From an uncultured Acidobacteriota bacterium (lineage in GTDB: Bacteria > Acidobacteriota > Thermoanaerobaculia > Gp7-AA8): 64,000 bases of DNA. Positions 18,898-27,717 of this stretch are shown one piece after another. The stretch lies in assembly GCA_963821585.1 (NCBI GenBank), contig CAWGEI010000005.1, positions 1,014,682-1,078,681 of the forward strand, given 5' to 3'. The notes under the pieces are model-generated. The model saw only the letters and a list, made by a program, of their open reading frames with translations, did no database searches and was not told the origin of the DNA. Within the stretch, counting starts at the first letter, position 1; every line of letters begins with the position of its first letter. Made by a program: the position numbers and the translations under genes.

Positions 18898-19354
18898 ACT
18901 TCCCGAACGACACGACCTCCCGATCGTTCGTCATCCACAACTTGAAGCCGCGTTCGTTGGACAGGTACCGCAGGATCGTCTTGCGGAAACCGCACCGGCA
19001 GGGGATCTCGATGCCCAGCTCTTCGAGGCGCGCGGGATAGCCATCGTGCTGGGCGTCGTAACGGACGAGGGCGTCGCGGACGACGTAGCCGCGCGTGAGG
19101 CAGTCGTCCCAGGCGCGGCGGAACTGCAATTGCCCGAGGAGGACGCCGGCGCACATGGCGGTTCCGGTGAGGAGGACGTTCACGCGGGAGCCGCGTCTCG
19201 ACACGAATGTCAGGACGAGGGTGACGAACGGGATGACGTACGCGAAGGCCTGGTGCACGATGCCGAGCTCACCGCGCTCGCCGAGGGCGACGCCAAACAA
19301 AAACGCCGCGCCGGCATAGGCCAGCGCGGCGATGAGACGGCTCAGCAGGATCAC
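18866..19354 (-). CDS. Hypothetical membrane protein (3 TM plus soluble C-terminus)
   Basis: Hydrophobic N-half, YPARLEEL motif; last ~10 codons come from repeat copy A. Confidence 0.65.
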   Translation of the reverse strand: MILLSRLIAALAYAGAAFLFGVALGERGELGIVHQAFAYVIPFVTLVLTFVSRRGSRVNVLLTGTAMCAGVLLGQLQFRRAWDDCLTRGYVVRDALVRYDAQHDGYPARLEELGIEIPCRCGFRKTILRYLSNERGFKLWMTNDREVVSFGKSAPSEIEGPR

Positions 19355-19380
19355 GTCAGAACGAGAATACCAGACCGCCC

Positions 19381-19481
19381 TCCCCGTAGCCCCGAGCGAA
19401 GTCGAGGGGCCAAGTTAGCAACAACGGATCGTGCAGCGTAGGTACTAACTCGGCCCCTCGACTTCGCTCGGGGCTATGGGA
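19381..19481. repeat. REPIN-like element, family 2, copy B
   Basis: CCCCGTAGCCCCGAGCGAAGTCGAGGGGCCAAGTTAGCA ... GCCCCTCGACTTCGCTCGGGGCTATGGG. Confidence 0.85.
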
Positions 19482-19486
19482 GCAAA

Positions 19487-20164
19487 CTAGAACGAGAATA
19501 CCAGACCGGCGTTGACCTCTCCCTGGTAGAAGTCCTGGTTGTAGTAGTAGTCGCAGAACGTGCACTCCTCTTCCTGTTCCAGCGCGGTGTAGTAGCCGCG
19601 GCCTTCGAAGCGGAAGCTGAGGTTGCGGCTCATCGGCACTTTCACGCCGATGCCCGCGGACGCGGCGAAGCGTTGTTCCGCGTCGACGCCGGTGAGCTTC
19701 GGGTCGAGGTTCGCGAGGCCCGCGGTGACGCTGACGTACGGCGTCGCGTTACGCGAGCGCGCGAAGGGGATCTGCAGGCCGCCCTGCAGGTAGGTGATGT
19801 CGATGTCCGCGACTTCGTCGTCGGGCTCGAACAGGCCGGAGCCGGTCTCGAGCTCGGATGACTGGCGGCTCGCCAGTAATTCGAGCTTCAGGCCGGTGTC
19901 GCCGAGGGGGATGGCGAAGTCGACGCCGAAGCTCTCGCTCGAGGCGACGTCGACGTCCTGGCCGAAGATGAAGGTCTGGTCGGCGAAGATGGTTCCGCCC
20001 CAGCGGTAGCCGATGTACGGCGTCAGCTCGAACGCGGAGTCGCGCGGGGAGTAGCGGCGGTCGTCGTAGTCAGGCCGCCGGCGGCGCCAGTCGTCGTCAC
20101 GATCCTGGGCGAGGACCGGGAGTGCGGTGAGGAGGAGGAGAAGGGCGAGGACACCTTTGCGCAT
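19487..20164 (-). CDS. Outer-membrane beta-barrel protein (OmpA/PorT-like)
   Basis: Signal peptide MRKGVLALLLLLTALPVLA, alternating beta-strands, C-terminal GLVFSF. Confidence 0.85.
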   Translation of the reverse strand: MRKGVLALLLLLTALPVLAQDRDDDWRRRRPDYDDRRYSPRDSAFELTPYIGYRWGGTIFADQTFIFGQDVDVASSESFGVDFAIPLGDTGLKLELLASRQSSELETGSGLFEPDDEVADIDITYLQGGLQIPFARSRNATPYVSVTAGLANLDPKLTGVDAEQRFAASAGIGVKVPMSRNLSFRFEGRGYYTALEQEEECTFCDYYYNQDFYQGEVNAGLVFSF

Positions 20165-20191
20165 GAACGCTCCGCATACAATCCCCGGACC

Positions 20192-20935
20192 ATGAAAATC
20201 GCCACCTGGAATGTGAATGGGATCCGGGCGCGCCACGAGCAATTCGTGGCCTGGACGGCGGCCGAACAGCCGGACGTCATCTGTCTGCAGGAGATCAAGG
20301 CCAGGCTCGACCAGATCCCGCAAAGCTGTTCGCTGGAAGGATATACGTGCTACTGGCACGGCGCGGGCGGGTACTCGGGCGTGGGGCTCCATGTGCGCAC
20401 CGGATTCGCCGAGAGCCCGGTCCTGACCCATCCCGCGTTCGATACCGAGACCCGCATCGTACAGGCTCAAATCGAGGACACTGTGTTCACCAGCGTGTAC
20501 GTTCCGAACGGCGGAAAGGACTTCGAGGCCAAGATCGCGTTCATCAACGCCCTGATCGGCTACGCCGCCGATATCCGGGCGCGCGGGCTGAAGCTCGTTC
20601 TCTGCGGGGACATGAACATCGCCCGGACGGAGATGGACGTCCATCCGAAGGAGCGCAAGCCGCGCGCGATCGGGCAGCTGCCGGTCGAGCGCGAGATGTT
20701 CGAGCAGCTCATCCGCGACGGGGGTCTGGTCGACGTCGGCCGGATGCTCTATCCCGACGACGAGAACTACTTCTCGTGGTGGCCGCCGTGGCGGAGCATG
20801 CGCGAGCGCAACATCGGCTGGCGCCTCGACTACGTGCTGGCGAGCGAGGAGCTTGCGAAGCGCGCCGTCTCCTGCCCCTCGCAGCGCGAGATCGGAACGA
20901 GCGATCACGCGCCCGTCGTGGCGACGTTCGCATAG
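20192..20935 (+). CDS. xth: Exodeoxyribonuclease III
   Basis: MKIATWNVNGIRAR, CLQEIK, CGDMN, GWRLDY, SDHAPV. Confidence 0.95.
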   Translation: MKIATWNVNGIRARHEQFVAWTAAEQPDVICLQEIKARLDQIPQSCSLEGYTCYWHGAGGYSGVGLHVRTGFAESPVLTHPAFDTETRIVQAQIEDTVFTSVYVPNGGKDFEAKIAFINALIGYAADIRARGLKLVLCGDMNIARTEMDVHPKERKPRAIGQLPVEREMFEQLIRDGGLVDVGRMLYPDDENYFSWWPPWRSMRERNIGWRLDYVLASEELAKRAVSCPSQREIGTSDHAPVVATFA

Positions 20936-20956
20936 GGTCGCTACCGACGACCCCTG

Positions 20957-20991
20957 AAAAACAAAAAGGCCGGCGTTTGTACGCCGGCCTT
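20957..20991 (-). terminator. Rho-independent terminator for the ompA-like operon
   Basis: AAGGCCGGCGT-TTGT-ACGCCGGCCTT hairpin with an A-tract on its left (U-tract on the minus strand). Confidence 0.8.
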
Positions 20992-21012
20992 AGCTACTGC
21001 GTGTGCGTGCGG

Positions 21013-21627
21013 CTACTCGAGAACCACCAGCACCACGCGGCGGTTGGCGGAGCGTCCGTCGCGGGTCTTGTTGGACTCGAGCGGAAGCGTGTCGCCGTAC
21101 GAGATCGTCGACATGCGGGCCAGCGGGAGCTTGTGCTCGCGCGAGAGGTAGCGGCGTACCGAGTCCGCGCGGCGCTGGCCGAGCTCCTCGTTGTAGCCCT
21201 CTCCGCCGGAGTCGTCCGTGTGGCCCTGGATCTCGATGAAGTACTGCGCTTCGAGGGCCTTGGCCTTGCCCGCGAATTCGTCGAGGGCGGTCTTGGCCTC
21301 GGTCGACAGCTCATACGAGTCGAGCTTGAACTTCACCCGATCCTCGGAGAACGTCTGCTCGAACACGACCTTGCCTTTGGCGAGCACGCCGGCTTCCTGT
21401 GCGCGCTGGAGTGCTTCCGCGGCGGACTGGCTGAGCTGCTCGACGCGGGTGTCCGTGGCCGTCTGCTTCTGCTGCAGATCCTCGACCTGCGAGGACACTG
21501 ACTCGATTTTCTGATTCGTCGTCGCCTGCGAGGCGGCGATCTTTTCGTCGACTGACTTCGACGTGGCGCACGCGCCGAGAACTACAGGCAGCGCGATTGC
21601 GCAAAGAGCTGTGGAAAACTTCTTCAT
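21013..21627 (-). CDS. OmpA-family peptidoglycan-binding lipoprotein
   Basis: Lipobox LGAC; QGHTD, NEELGQRRA and NRRV motifs. Confidence 0.92.
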   Translation of the reverse strand: MKKFSTALCAIALPVVLGACATSKSVDEKIAASQATTNQKIESVSSQVEDLQQKQTATDTRVEQLSQSAAEALQRAQEAGVLAKGKVVFEQTFSEDRVKFKLDSYELSTEAKTALDEFAGKAKALEAQYFIEIQGHTDDSGGEGYNEELGQRRADSVRRYLSREHKLPLARMSTISYGDTLPLESNKTRDGRSANRRVVLVVLE

Positions 21628-22652
21628 CGACTCTTTTTCCTTTCGTTGCGCTTGGATTTCTCGCGTGACGAAGACGCGGTCTGTACCGGAGGCTCTGTGC
21701 CGCGGTAGCCGGCTCGGACCCGAACAGAACGGACTCGACCAGCGAGCTCCAGCGAAATGCGGCGGTACTTTACTCCGCCTTTTCCCGTGGGCGGGAAGCC
21801 AATCAAATATTGGGCCCGAAGTACGCTTTCGATCCCATCCATGGCGCTTGCAAGGGTCTCCGGACGGTTCCCGATGAACAATCTTCCGCCACTTGCAAAG
21901 GCGAGCTCTTCGAGGACGTCGATGTTCGCCATCTCCTCGCTGATGGGCGCCGCGACGCGCGTCGCGCGCGCCTCGCCCGGCTCGCGTAAACCGAAGGCAT
22001 AAATGGGGATAGAGACGCCTTCCATGCGCTTCTCGATGGTCGCGCGGGTCATGCGCGAGGCGTTGTCGATGCCGTCGCTGAGGAGGATGATCGCGCGCGT
22101 CGGATTGCGCCCGAGCTCGCTCCTTTCGGGCATTTCGGCGAGGGCATCAAAAAAAGCTGTTTTGCCCCACGGTTTGACCACATCGAGGGCTCTGGTGATG
22201 GCCGCGGGGTTCTCCGTGAAAGGGACGAGCTCGTTCGCATGGCCCTCGGAATCGAAGACGAAAAGCGCGAAGTCGTCGCCTTCGCGGCGCCGTGCGGTGA
22301 GGGCGTTGATGGCCGCCTTGGCCGAGTCGATCTTGCCCGCGAGAGCCATCGATCCCGAGCCGTCGAGGAGGATCGTCCAGGACACCGGCGCGTTGCGCGA
22401 CTGCTCGAAGAGGTCGGTCCTGACCTTCTTCCCATCGACGAGCAGCGAGACTTCCTTCTGCTTCAGGTCGACGATCGGGACGCCTTTCCCGCTGAGGACG
22501 GTGAAGGGGACCATCACGTAGGAGACGGAGACCTGCTCGGTGAACTTGTCGTCCTGAGCAAAGACGGCGGCCGTCGCGCACACGCTGAGCACGGCAACGG
22601 TGATGAAGCGACGAATCATGGAAAGTAGAACGAGGAGGCGACGCTCCGTCAT
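21624..22652 (-). CDS. VWA domain protein (acidobacterial VWFA-related)
   Basis: LLDGSGSM MIDAS, TAFFDA, LSDGIDNAS, QYLIGF; true start may be downstream. Confidence 0.9.
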   Translation of the reverse strand: MTERRLLVLLSMIRRFITVAVLSVCATAAVFAQDDKFTEQVSVSYVMVPFTVLSGKGVPIVDLKQKEVSLLVDGKKVRTDLFEQSRNAPVSWTILLDGSGSMALAGKIDSAKAAINALTARRREGDDFALFVFDSEGHANELVPFTENPAAITRALDVVKPWGKTAFFDALAEMPERSELGRNPTRAIILLSDGIDNASRMTRATIEKRMEGVSIPIYAFGLREPGEARATRVAAPISEEMANIDVLEELAFASGGRLFIGNRPETLASAMDGIESVLRAQYLIGFPPTGKGGVKYRRISLELAGRVRSVRVRAGYRGTEPPVQTASSSREKSKRNERKKSR

Positions 22653-23041
22653 CCCATCATCAGGGGGATGAAGTCCTCATCTTCCTGATGACTCCGCTCC
22701 CACTTGAGGAAGTCGTAGTAGCCGCAGCGGGGCTTGTCCGGGTACTCGTGGCAGACGCCGGGACGGGCTTCATAGATCGTGCAGCGGCGCGTCTTGGTGT
22801 CGATGAACATGCAGATCGAGCCGTAGACCTTGTCCTTCTGGTGACGCAGGACCTGCTCGTTTTCCTTGATTTTCGTGAAGCGGCGGCGTGCGGTCTCGAC
22901 GTCGATGTCGAAGTGTTTCGCCAGCCTGCGCAGGTCTTTGTTCTCGACGATGATGCGCTCGTAGCTGCAGCAATACGCGGGGCACTTGAGGCAGTCGTAG
23001 CTCGGCTTGCGCGCGGGTGTGGCGTCTTTCTGAATCGTCAT
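22649..23041 (-). CDS. YkgJ family cysteine-cluster protein
   Basis: CLKCPAYCC ... CMFID...CTIYEARPGVC. Confidence 0.9.
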   Translation of the reverse strand: MTIQKDATPARKPSYDCLKCPAYCCSYERIIVENKDLRRLAKHFDIDVETARRRFTKIKENEQVLRHQKDKVYGSICMFIDTKTRRCTIYEARPGVCHEYPDKPRCGYYDFLKWERSHQEDEDFIPLMMG

Positions 23042-23132
23042 GAGCTTTGCGTAAAGTGTAACGCGCGCGCGCCGTACGTGCGCGGGGAAAGTCCGGCTCG
23101 CTGTGGAACGCAACCCGCAATGTGCACGGCCG

Positions 23133-23822
23133 ATGGATCATGCCGTCGCTCTGGTTCAGGCCTATCTGCAACTGAACGGCTACTTCACCTCGGCCGAGTA
23201 TCCGATCATCGCAGGGGCCGGCCGCAACGGCTTCCGCACGATCACGGACATCGACATTCTCGCCTTCCGCTTCCCGACGGGCGAGCCGATGGCGAAGCGG
23301 CCGAGCAAGGCGCCGAAGGGTCTCGACGTCACCGGTCTCGACGACGGGCTCGCGGTGCCGACGGACTCGATCGACATGATCATCGGCGAGGTGAAAGAAG
23401 GGCGGGTGAACCTCAACTCCGGCATCCGCGATCCGGACGTTCTGCGCACGGTGATCAACCGCTTCGGCCAGGTCGGCGACACGGACCGCGTCGTCCAGCA
23501 GTTGCTGCACACGGGTAAGGCGGAGATCCCGCCCTCGTACTCGGTGCGGCTCATCGCCTTCGGCTCGTTCCCGCCCGGCTCCGAGATTCCTCCCTGCCGC
23601 ATCATCAGCCTCGGGCACGTCCTGCAGTTCCTGCAGGGCTACGTGCGCAAGCACTGGAACATGCTCCGCCACCTGCAGTTCAAGGACCCGGCGTTCGGGT
23701 TCCTGATGACGCTGGAGAAAGCGCGCCGCGGCGGTGCGGGCAGGCGCGGGGAACAGGGCGTCGAGATCGTGCCGCCCCTGGGCGAGGCGCAGAGGCAGCA
23801 CCGACCCGACCGGCGGCGGTAG
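23133..23822 (+). CDS. Hypothetical protein with putative PD-(D/E)xK nuclease fold
   Basis: LVQAYLQLNGYF ... TDIDILAFR ... IIGEVKEG. Confidence 0.65.
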   Translation: MDHAVALVQAYLQLNGYFTSAEYPIIAGAGRNGFRTITDIDILAFRFPTGEPMAKRPSKAPKGLDVTGLDDGLAVPTDSIDMIIGEVKEGRVNLNSGIRDPDVLRTVINRFGQVGDTDRVVQQLLHTGKAEIPPSYSVRLIAFGSFPPGSEIPPCRIISLGHVLQFLQGYVRKHWNMLRHLQFKDPAFGFLMTLEKARRGGAGRRGEQGVEIVPPLGEAQRQHRPDRRR

Positions 23823-23886
23823 AAACGTAGGGCGCGGCTTCAGCCCGCCTCCCCGTGGGCGGGCGGGCTGAAGCCACGCCCTACGT
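23823..23886. repeat. GTAG-type REP doublet (family 1)
   Basis: AAACGTAGGGCGCGGCTTCAGCCCGCC ... GGCGGGCTGAAGCCACGCCCTACGT between convergent genes. Confidence 0.9.
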
Positions 23887-25266
23887 CGCGACGCGGTTGC
23901 GGCCCTGGCGTTTGGCGTCGTAGAGCGCCGCGTCGGCGACACGCAGGAAGTCGCCGGAGCCGGTGCCGTCGCGCGGCGGGATCACGGACGCAACGCCGAT
24001 GCTCACGGTCACATGTCCGAGAGGGGCGGAGGGATGCGAGAGCTTCATCTCTTCGACACGCTCGCGGAGGCGCGTCGCGATCTCCAGCGCGTGCCCGGCG
24101 TCGGTCTCGGGAAGCAGGATCGCGAACTCCTCGCCGCCGTAGCGGGAGACGAGGTCGCCGGCGCGCTGGACGCACTCGCACAGCATGTCCGCGACGCGGC
24201 GCAGGCATTCGTCGCCGGCCTGATGCCCGGAGGTGTCGTTGAACGGCTTGAAGTAGTCGATGTCGAGCATCAGCAGCGACAGCGGGGCGCGGCTGCGCGC
24301 GGCGCGCCGCCACTCGATGGCGAGCGTCTCGTCGAAGTGCCGGCGGTTCGCCACGCCGGTGAGTCCATCCTGGGTGGAGATGCGGTGCAGCGTCTCGATC
24401 GCGCTCGCGAGGTGCTTGGTCGTCTCCCCGAGCCGCTCGTTCACCGAAGCCATGTGAAACGCGCCCGCGATCTGGTCCGCGAACGCTTCGAACGCGAGGA
24501 CGCTGGCCGGTGTGAACACGTCCGGCGACGCGCTCTCGAGACTGAGGGCGCCGAGGAGCTGGTCTTGGAAGCGGATGGGAATGACGAGGTGAGCGGGCCC
24601 GCTGCTGGCGACCGGCTGCCGTGCGATGGATACGGAGATCAGCGGGAAGCGCTCATGAATATAGCGCGTCACGCGATCGAGGAGCTCCTGCAGATCCGTC
24701 GCTTCGAGCGCGGTGCGCGAGACCTCGCTCATCATCTCCATCAGCCGCGCGCGCTGCTTCAGCTCTTCGTAGAGCTGGGCGCTCGCGATGGCGCCGGCGA
24801 TCTGGTCGCCGACGGTCTCGAGCAGCTCCAGCTGCCCGCGGAACGCCGCGGGCCGCGTGCTCTCGATATTCAGCACAGCGACGGTGCGGCCGTGGTGCTT
24901 CACCGGCACGCAGAGCTCCGAGCGCGCGCCGGGCATCGTCTCGACATAGTTGGGCCACGCGCGGACGTCGTCGATGAGCACGGGCTCGCCGGTGGCCGCG
25001 ACCTGGCCGACGACGCCGCTGCCGAGCTCCCGTCCATAGCCGACGTACACGGACGTGTCGACGGACGTGGAGAGCGCTTCGCATTGAAATGCGCCGCGCT
25101 CGAGGTCGAGCGAGATCAGCGCGACGAACTGCCAGTCGAACTGCTCCGCGAGGGTGTCGGTGATGCGCTGGAGCATCGGGCGCAGCTCGAGGTCGAGCGA
25201 GGCGATGCGCGCGACCTGGTTGAGGACTTCGAGCGAGCGGGCGTCGACTGGGAGCGTGGTCGCCAC
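23881..25266 (-). CDS. GAF-GAF-GGDEF diguanylate cyclase
   Basis: DGLTGVANRR, DIDYFK, RAGD I-site, RYGGEEF; N-terminal GAF motifs (SELCVPV). Confidence 0.92.
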   Translation of the reverse strand: MATTLPVDARSLEVLNQVARIASLDLELRPMLQRITDTLAEQFDWQFVALISLDLERGAFQCEALSTSVDTSVYVGYGRELGSGVVGQVAATGEPVLIDDVRAWPNYVETMPGARSELCVPVKHHGRTVAVLNIESTRPAAFRGQLELLETVGDQIAGAIASAQLYEELKQRARLMEMMSEVSRTALEATDLQELLDRVTRYIHERFPLISVSIARQPVASSGPAHLVIPIRFQDQLLGALSLESASPDVFTPASVLAFEAFADQIAGAFHMASVNERLGETTKHLASAIETLHRISTQDGLTGVANRRHFDETLAIEWRRAARSRAPLSLLMLDIDYFKPFNDTSGHQAGDECLRRVADMLCECVQRAGDLVSRYGGEEFAILLPETDAGHALEIATRLRERVEEMKLSHPSAPLGHVTVSIGVASVIPPRDGTGSGDFLRVADAALYDAKRQGRNRVAT

Positions 25267-25270
25267 GCGG

Positions 25271-26104
25271 TTACGCTCCTGCCGCGGCCACGGATTGTCC
25301 GGGCTGGTCCGGCAATCCCTCGGCCACCGTGGCGGCGATGGAGAGGAACGGCTGCTGCTCGGCGTCGGTGAAGAGGCGCGGCTCGCGGAAGCTCCACCCG
25401 ACCGCGCCGAGAACGTGTCCGCCTCTTACGAGAGGCACGGCGGCCAGCGCGCGGCTCTCGTACTTCTCGAACACCGGCTTGAGCAGCGGATACTCGGTGC
25501 CGGCGAGGGTCAGCGAGGCGAGCCACACGGGAGTCTCGTTGCGAATGGCGGCGCACAGAGGGACCGGCGCGTCGAGCCGGAGCGGAAAGTACGACTCCGT
25601 TTCTCCGCGACTGTAACCGAAGGAATGGAGCGCCTCGACGCGCGAGCCGTTCTTCCGCGCGATCACGCCTGCCCGCGCCCCCGCACGCACGGAGCGCCGG
25701 CAGAAGACCTCGGCGAACGACGGGTCGCGCTCCTCGCTACGGGCCGCCATCGCCTGGGCGCTCTCGACGATGTCCCCGAGCTCGAACGGCTTGCGGATGA
25801 CGCGCACTTGCGGCCACTGCTCGCGCACGATGTGCAGCTGGCGCTCCGGGGCGGACGACAGGACGATCGATCTCGCCAGCGTCCGCGGTTGCTCCCGCCC
25901 GATCCATTCCAGGAGCTGCATGCCGCTCGTGCCGGGGAGCAGGAGGTCGAGGAACAGCACGTCGTAGCGTACGTTCGCGAGCAGGAGCAACGCGTCGAGG
26001 CCGGTCGGAACGAGATCGACCTCGAGTCCGGCGCGCGTCAGCAGAACGTCCAGCAGCTTACGCGTGCCGCTGTCGTTCTCGATCACGAGAGCGAGGGGTT
26101 TCAT
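25271..26104 (-). CDS. Response regulator receiver plus GAF domain protein
   Basis: LFLDLLLPGTSG and RKPF receiver motifs; C-terminal GAF (ALAAVPLV...LGAVGWSF). Confidence 0.85.
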   Translation of the reverse strand: MKPLALVIENDSGTRKLLDVLLTRAGLEVDLVPTGLDALLLLANVRYDVLFLDLLLPGTSGMQLLEWIGREQPRTLARSIVLSSAPERQLHIVREQWPQVRVIRKPFELGDIVESAQAMAARSEERDPSFAEVFCRRSVRAGARAGVIARKNGSRVEALHSFGYSRGETESYFPLRLDAPVPLCAAIRNETPVWLASLTLAGTEYPLLKPVFEKYESRALAAVPLVRGGHVLGAVGWSFREPRLFTDAEQQPFLSIAATVAEGLPDQPGQSVAAAGA

Positions 26105-26163
26105 GGGCGTCTGGAGAGAACACGCCAAGGATACGCCCGGCCACCCCTGCTGTCATCTGAAGG

Positions 26164-27018
26164 TCAGTCGATCCTGACCTCCACGCGCTGTCCGAGCTTC
26201 AGCGGCGTCGGCTCGGCGAGCGCGATCTTCACCAGCAGTACGCGCGTGTCGATCGGCTTGGCCGGATCCTGCGGCTTGATGCGGCGGTTGACGACGGAGT
26301 CCGGGATCTCCTCGATCGTGCCGCGCCACGCGTGGTCGAAGCCTTCCGCGCTGAACTTCACGGCCGCGCCGAGCTTCATGCGCGCGACGTCGAACTCGTC
26401 GATCTCCGCTTCGATGCGGGTCTTCGAGAGGTCGGCGATGGTGACGATCTCGTCGCCGACGGCCACGCTCTCGCCGGCCTGCGCGTGTCGCGAGATCACG
26501 ACGCCGTCGATCGGCGCGGTGATGATGGTCTTCTCGACGAGCGCGTCGAGGCGCGCCACTTCCGCGTTCGCCGATGCACGGCGTGCGCGCGCGGCGTCGA
26601 GATCGCGGTCCGCCTTCTCCCAGGCCTGCTTCGATCCGATATCCACCTGCCAGAGGTTCTGCGCCCTGACCACCTCGGACTGGAAAAGGCGGATGTCCGC
26701 GTCCGCTTCGCCGACGCGCGCACGGGCGACGCCGAGGGCGGCGCGGGTGTCGTCGGCCTGGATCGTGGCGATGGTCTGGCCGCGGCGGACGGTCTCTTTC
26801 TCGCTCACGGTGAGGCGGGCGATCGTGCCGGCGACGTCGCTGCCGATCGTGACCTCCGCGCCGGGATAGGTGACGACGCGGCCTTCCGCGACGACGCGCG
26901 GCGTCTCCGCGACTTTGTCGACGCGCGCCGGCGCGGGCTTGGGACGCGTGGCGTTCAACTGCACGACCGTGGCGCCGAGGAGAAGAATGCCGAGGAGGGG
27001 ATAGAGAATGCGGTTCAT
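26164..27018 (-). CDS. Efflux periplasmic adaptor (HlyD/DevB-like)
   Basis: N-terminal TM, IGSDVAGTI and ITAPIDGVV lipoyl half-motifs. Confidence 0.9.
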   Translation of the reverse strand: MNRILYPLLGILLLGATVVQLNATRPKPAPARVDKVAETPRVVAEGRVVTYPGAEVTIGSDVAGTIARLTVSEKETVRRGQTIATIQADDTRAALGVARARVGEADADIRLFQSEVVRAQNLWQVDIGSKQAWEKADRDLDAARARRASANAEVARLDALVEKTIITAPIDGVVISRHAQAGESVAVGDEIVTIADLSKTRIEAEIDEFDVARMKLGAAVKFSAEGFDHAWRGTIEEIPDSVVNRRIKPQDPAKPIDTRVLLVKIALAEPTPLKLGQRVEVRID

Positions 27019-27674
27019 ACGAGTGCTCCGTCCTGAATCTTTACGACTCTGTCTGCGATGTTGCGTACTTTCGGATCGTGCGTGACGATGACCAGCGCGC
27101 GGTTCTCCTGCTTGGCGAGCGCGCGGAACATCTCCAGCACCTGCGTGCCGACCTGGGTGTCGAGGTTCGCCGTGGGCTCGTCGGCGAGCAGGATCGGCGC
27201 GCTGCCCGCGAGCGCGCGGGCGATCGCGACGCGCTGCTTCTGGCCGCCGCTCAGCTCACGCGGCAGAAAGTGCTGGCGGTCGCCGAGCCCGACGGCCTCG
27301 ATGACGCGCTGCGCTTCGATGCGGGCGCCTTTGTTCTTCAGTCCCTTCACGTTCAGCGCGTACTCGACGTTCTCGAGCGCGGTGAGCGAGGGAAAGAGAT
27401 TGAACTGCTGGAACACGAAGCCGAGGGAGCGCTTGCGGATGCTGGCGAGACTCTTCTCCGCCACGGTCTGCCCTTCGATGACGACCTCGCCGCTCGACGG
27501 CGTGAGGATGCAGCCCATGATGGAGAGGAAGGTGGTCTTCCCCGACCCGGACGGCCCTTCGAGCGAGACGATCTCGCCGCGCTCGACCGCGAAGTCGATG
27601 CCCCGCAGCACGGGCACGACCTCCCGCCCTTCCTGGAAGTGTTTTTCGACACGTTTCGTATGGAGGATGGACAT
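27015..27674 (-). CDS. ABC transporter ATP-binding protein (LolD/DevA-like)
   Basis: [33 protein letters not shown]. Confidence 0.95.
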   Translation of the reverse strand: MSILHTKRVEKHFQEGREVVPVLRGIDFAVERGEIVSLEGPSGSGKTTFLSIMGCILTPSSGEVVIEGQTVAEKSLASIRKRSLGFVFQQFNLFPSLTALENVEYALNVKGLKNKGARIEAQRVIEAVGLGDRQHFLPRELSGGQKQRVAIARALAGSAPILLADEPTANLDTQVGTQVLEMFRALAKQENRALVIVTHDPKVRNIADRVVKIQDGALV

Positions 27675-27684
27675 TCGATGACTC

Positions 27685-27717
27685 CTCTGTGTGCTCTGTG
27701 CTCTCTGTGGTGAAAAA
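27685..27717. repeat. 9-bp periodic CTCTGTG repeat (3 units)
   Basis: CTCTGTG at 27685, 27694 and 27703, inside the ABC operon gap. Confidence 0.7.

Noticed and set aside
26110-26150. Possible sigma54 motif upstream of the REC-GAF gene
   Set aside because: Only bare GG-N10-GC without TGGCA or TTGC context; expected by chance at this GC content.
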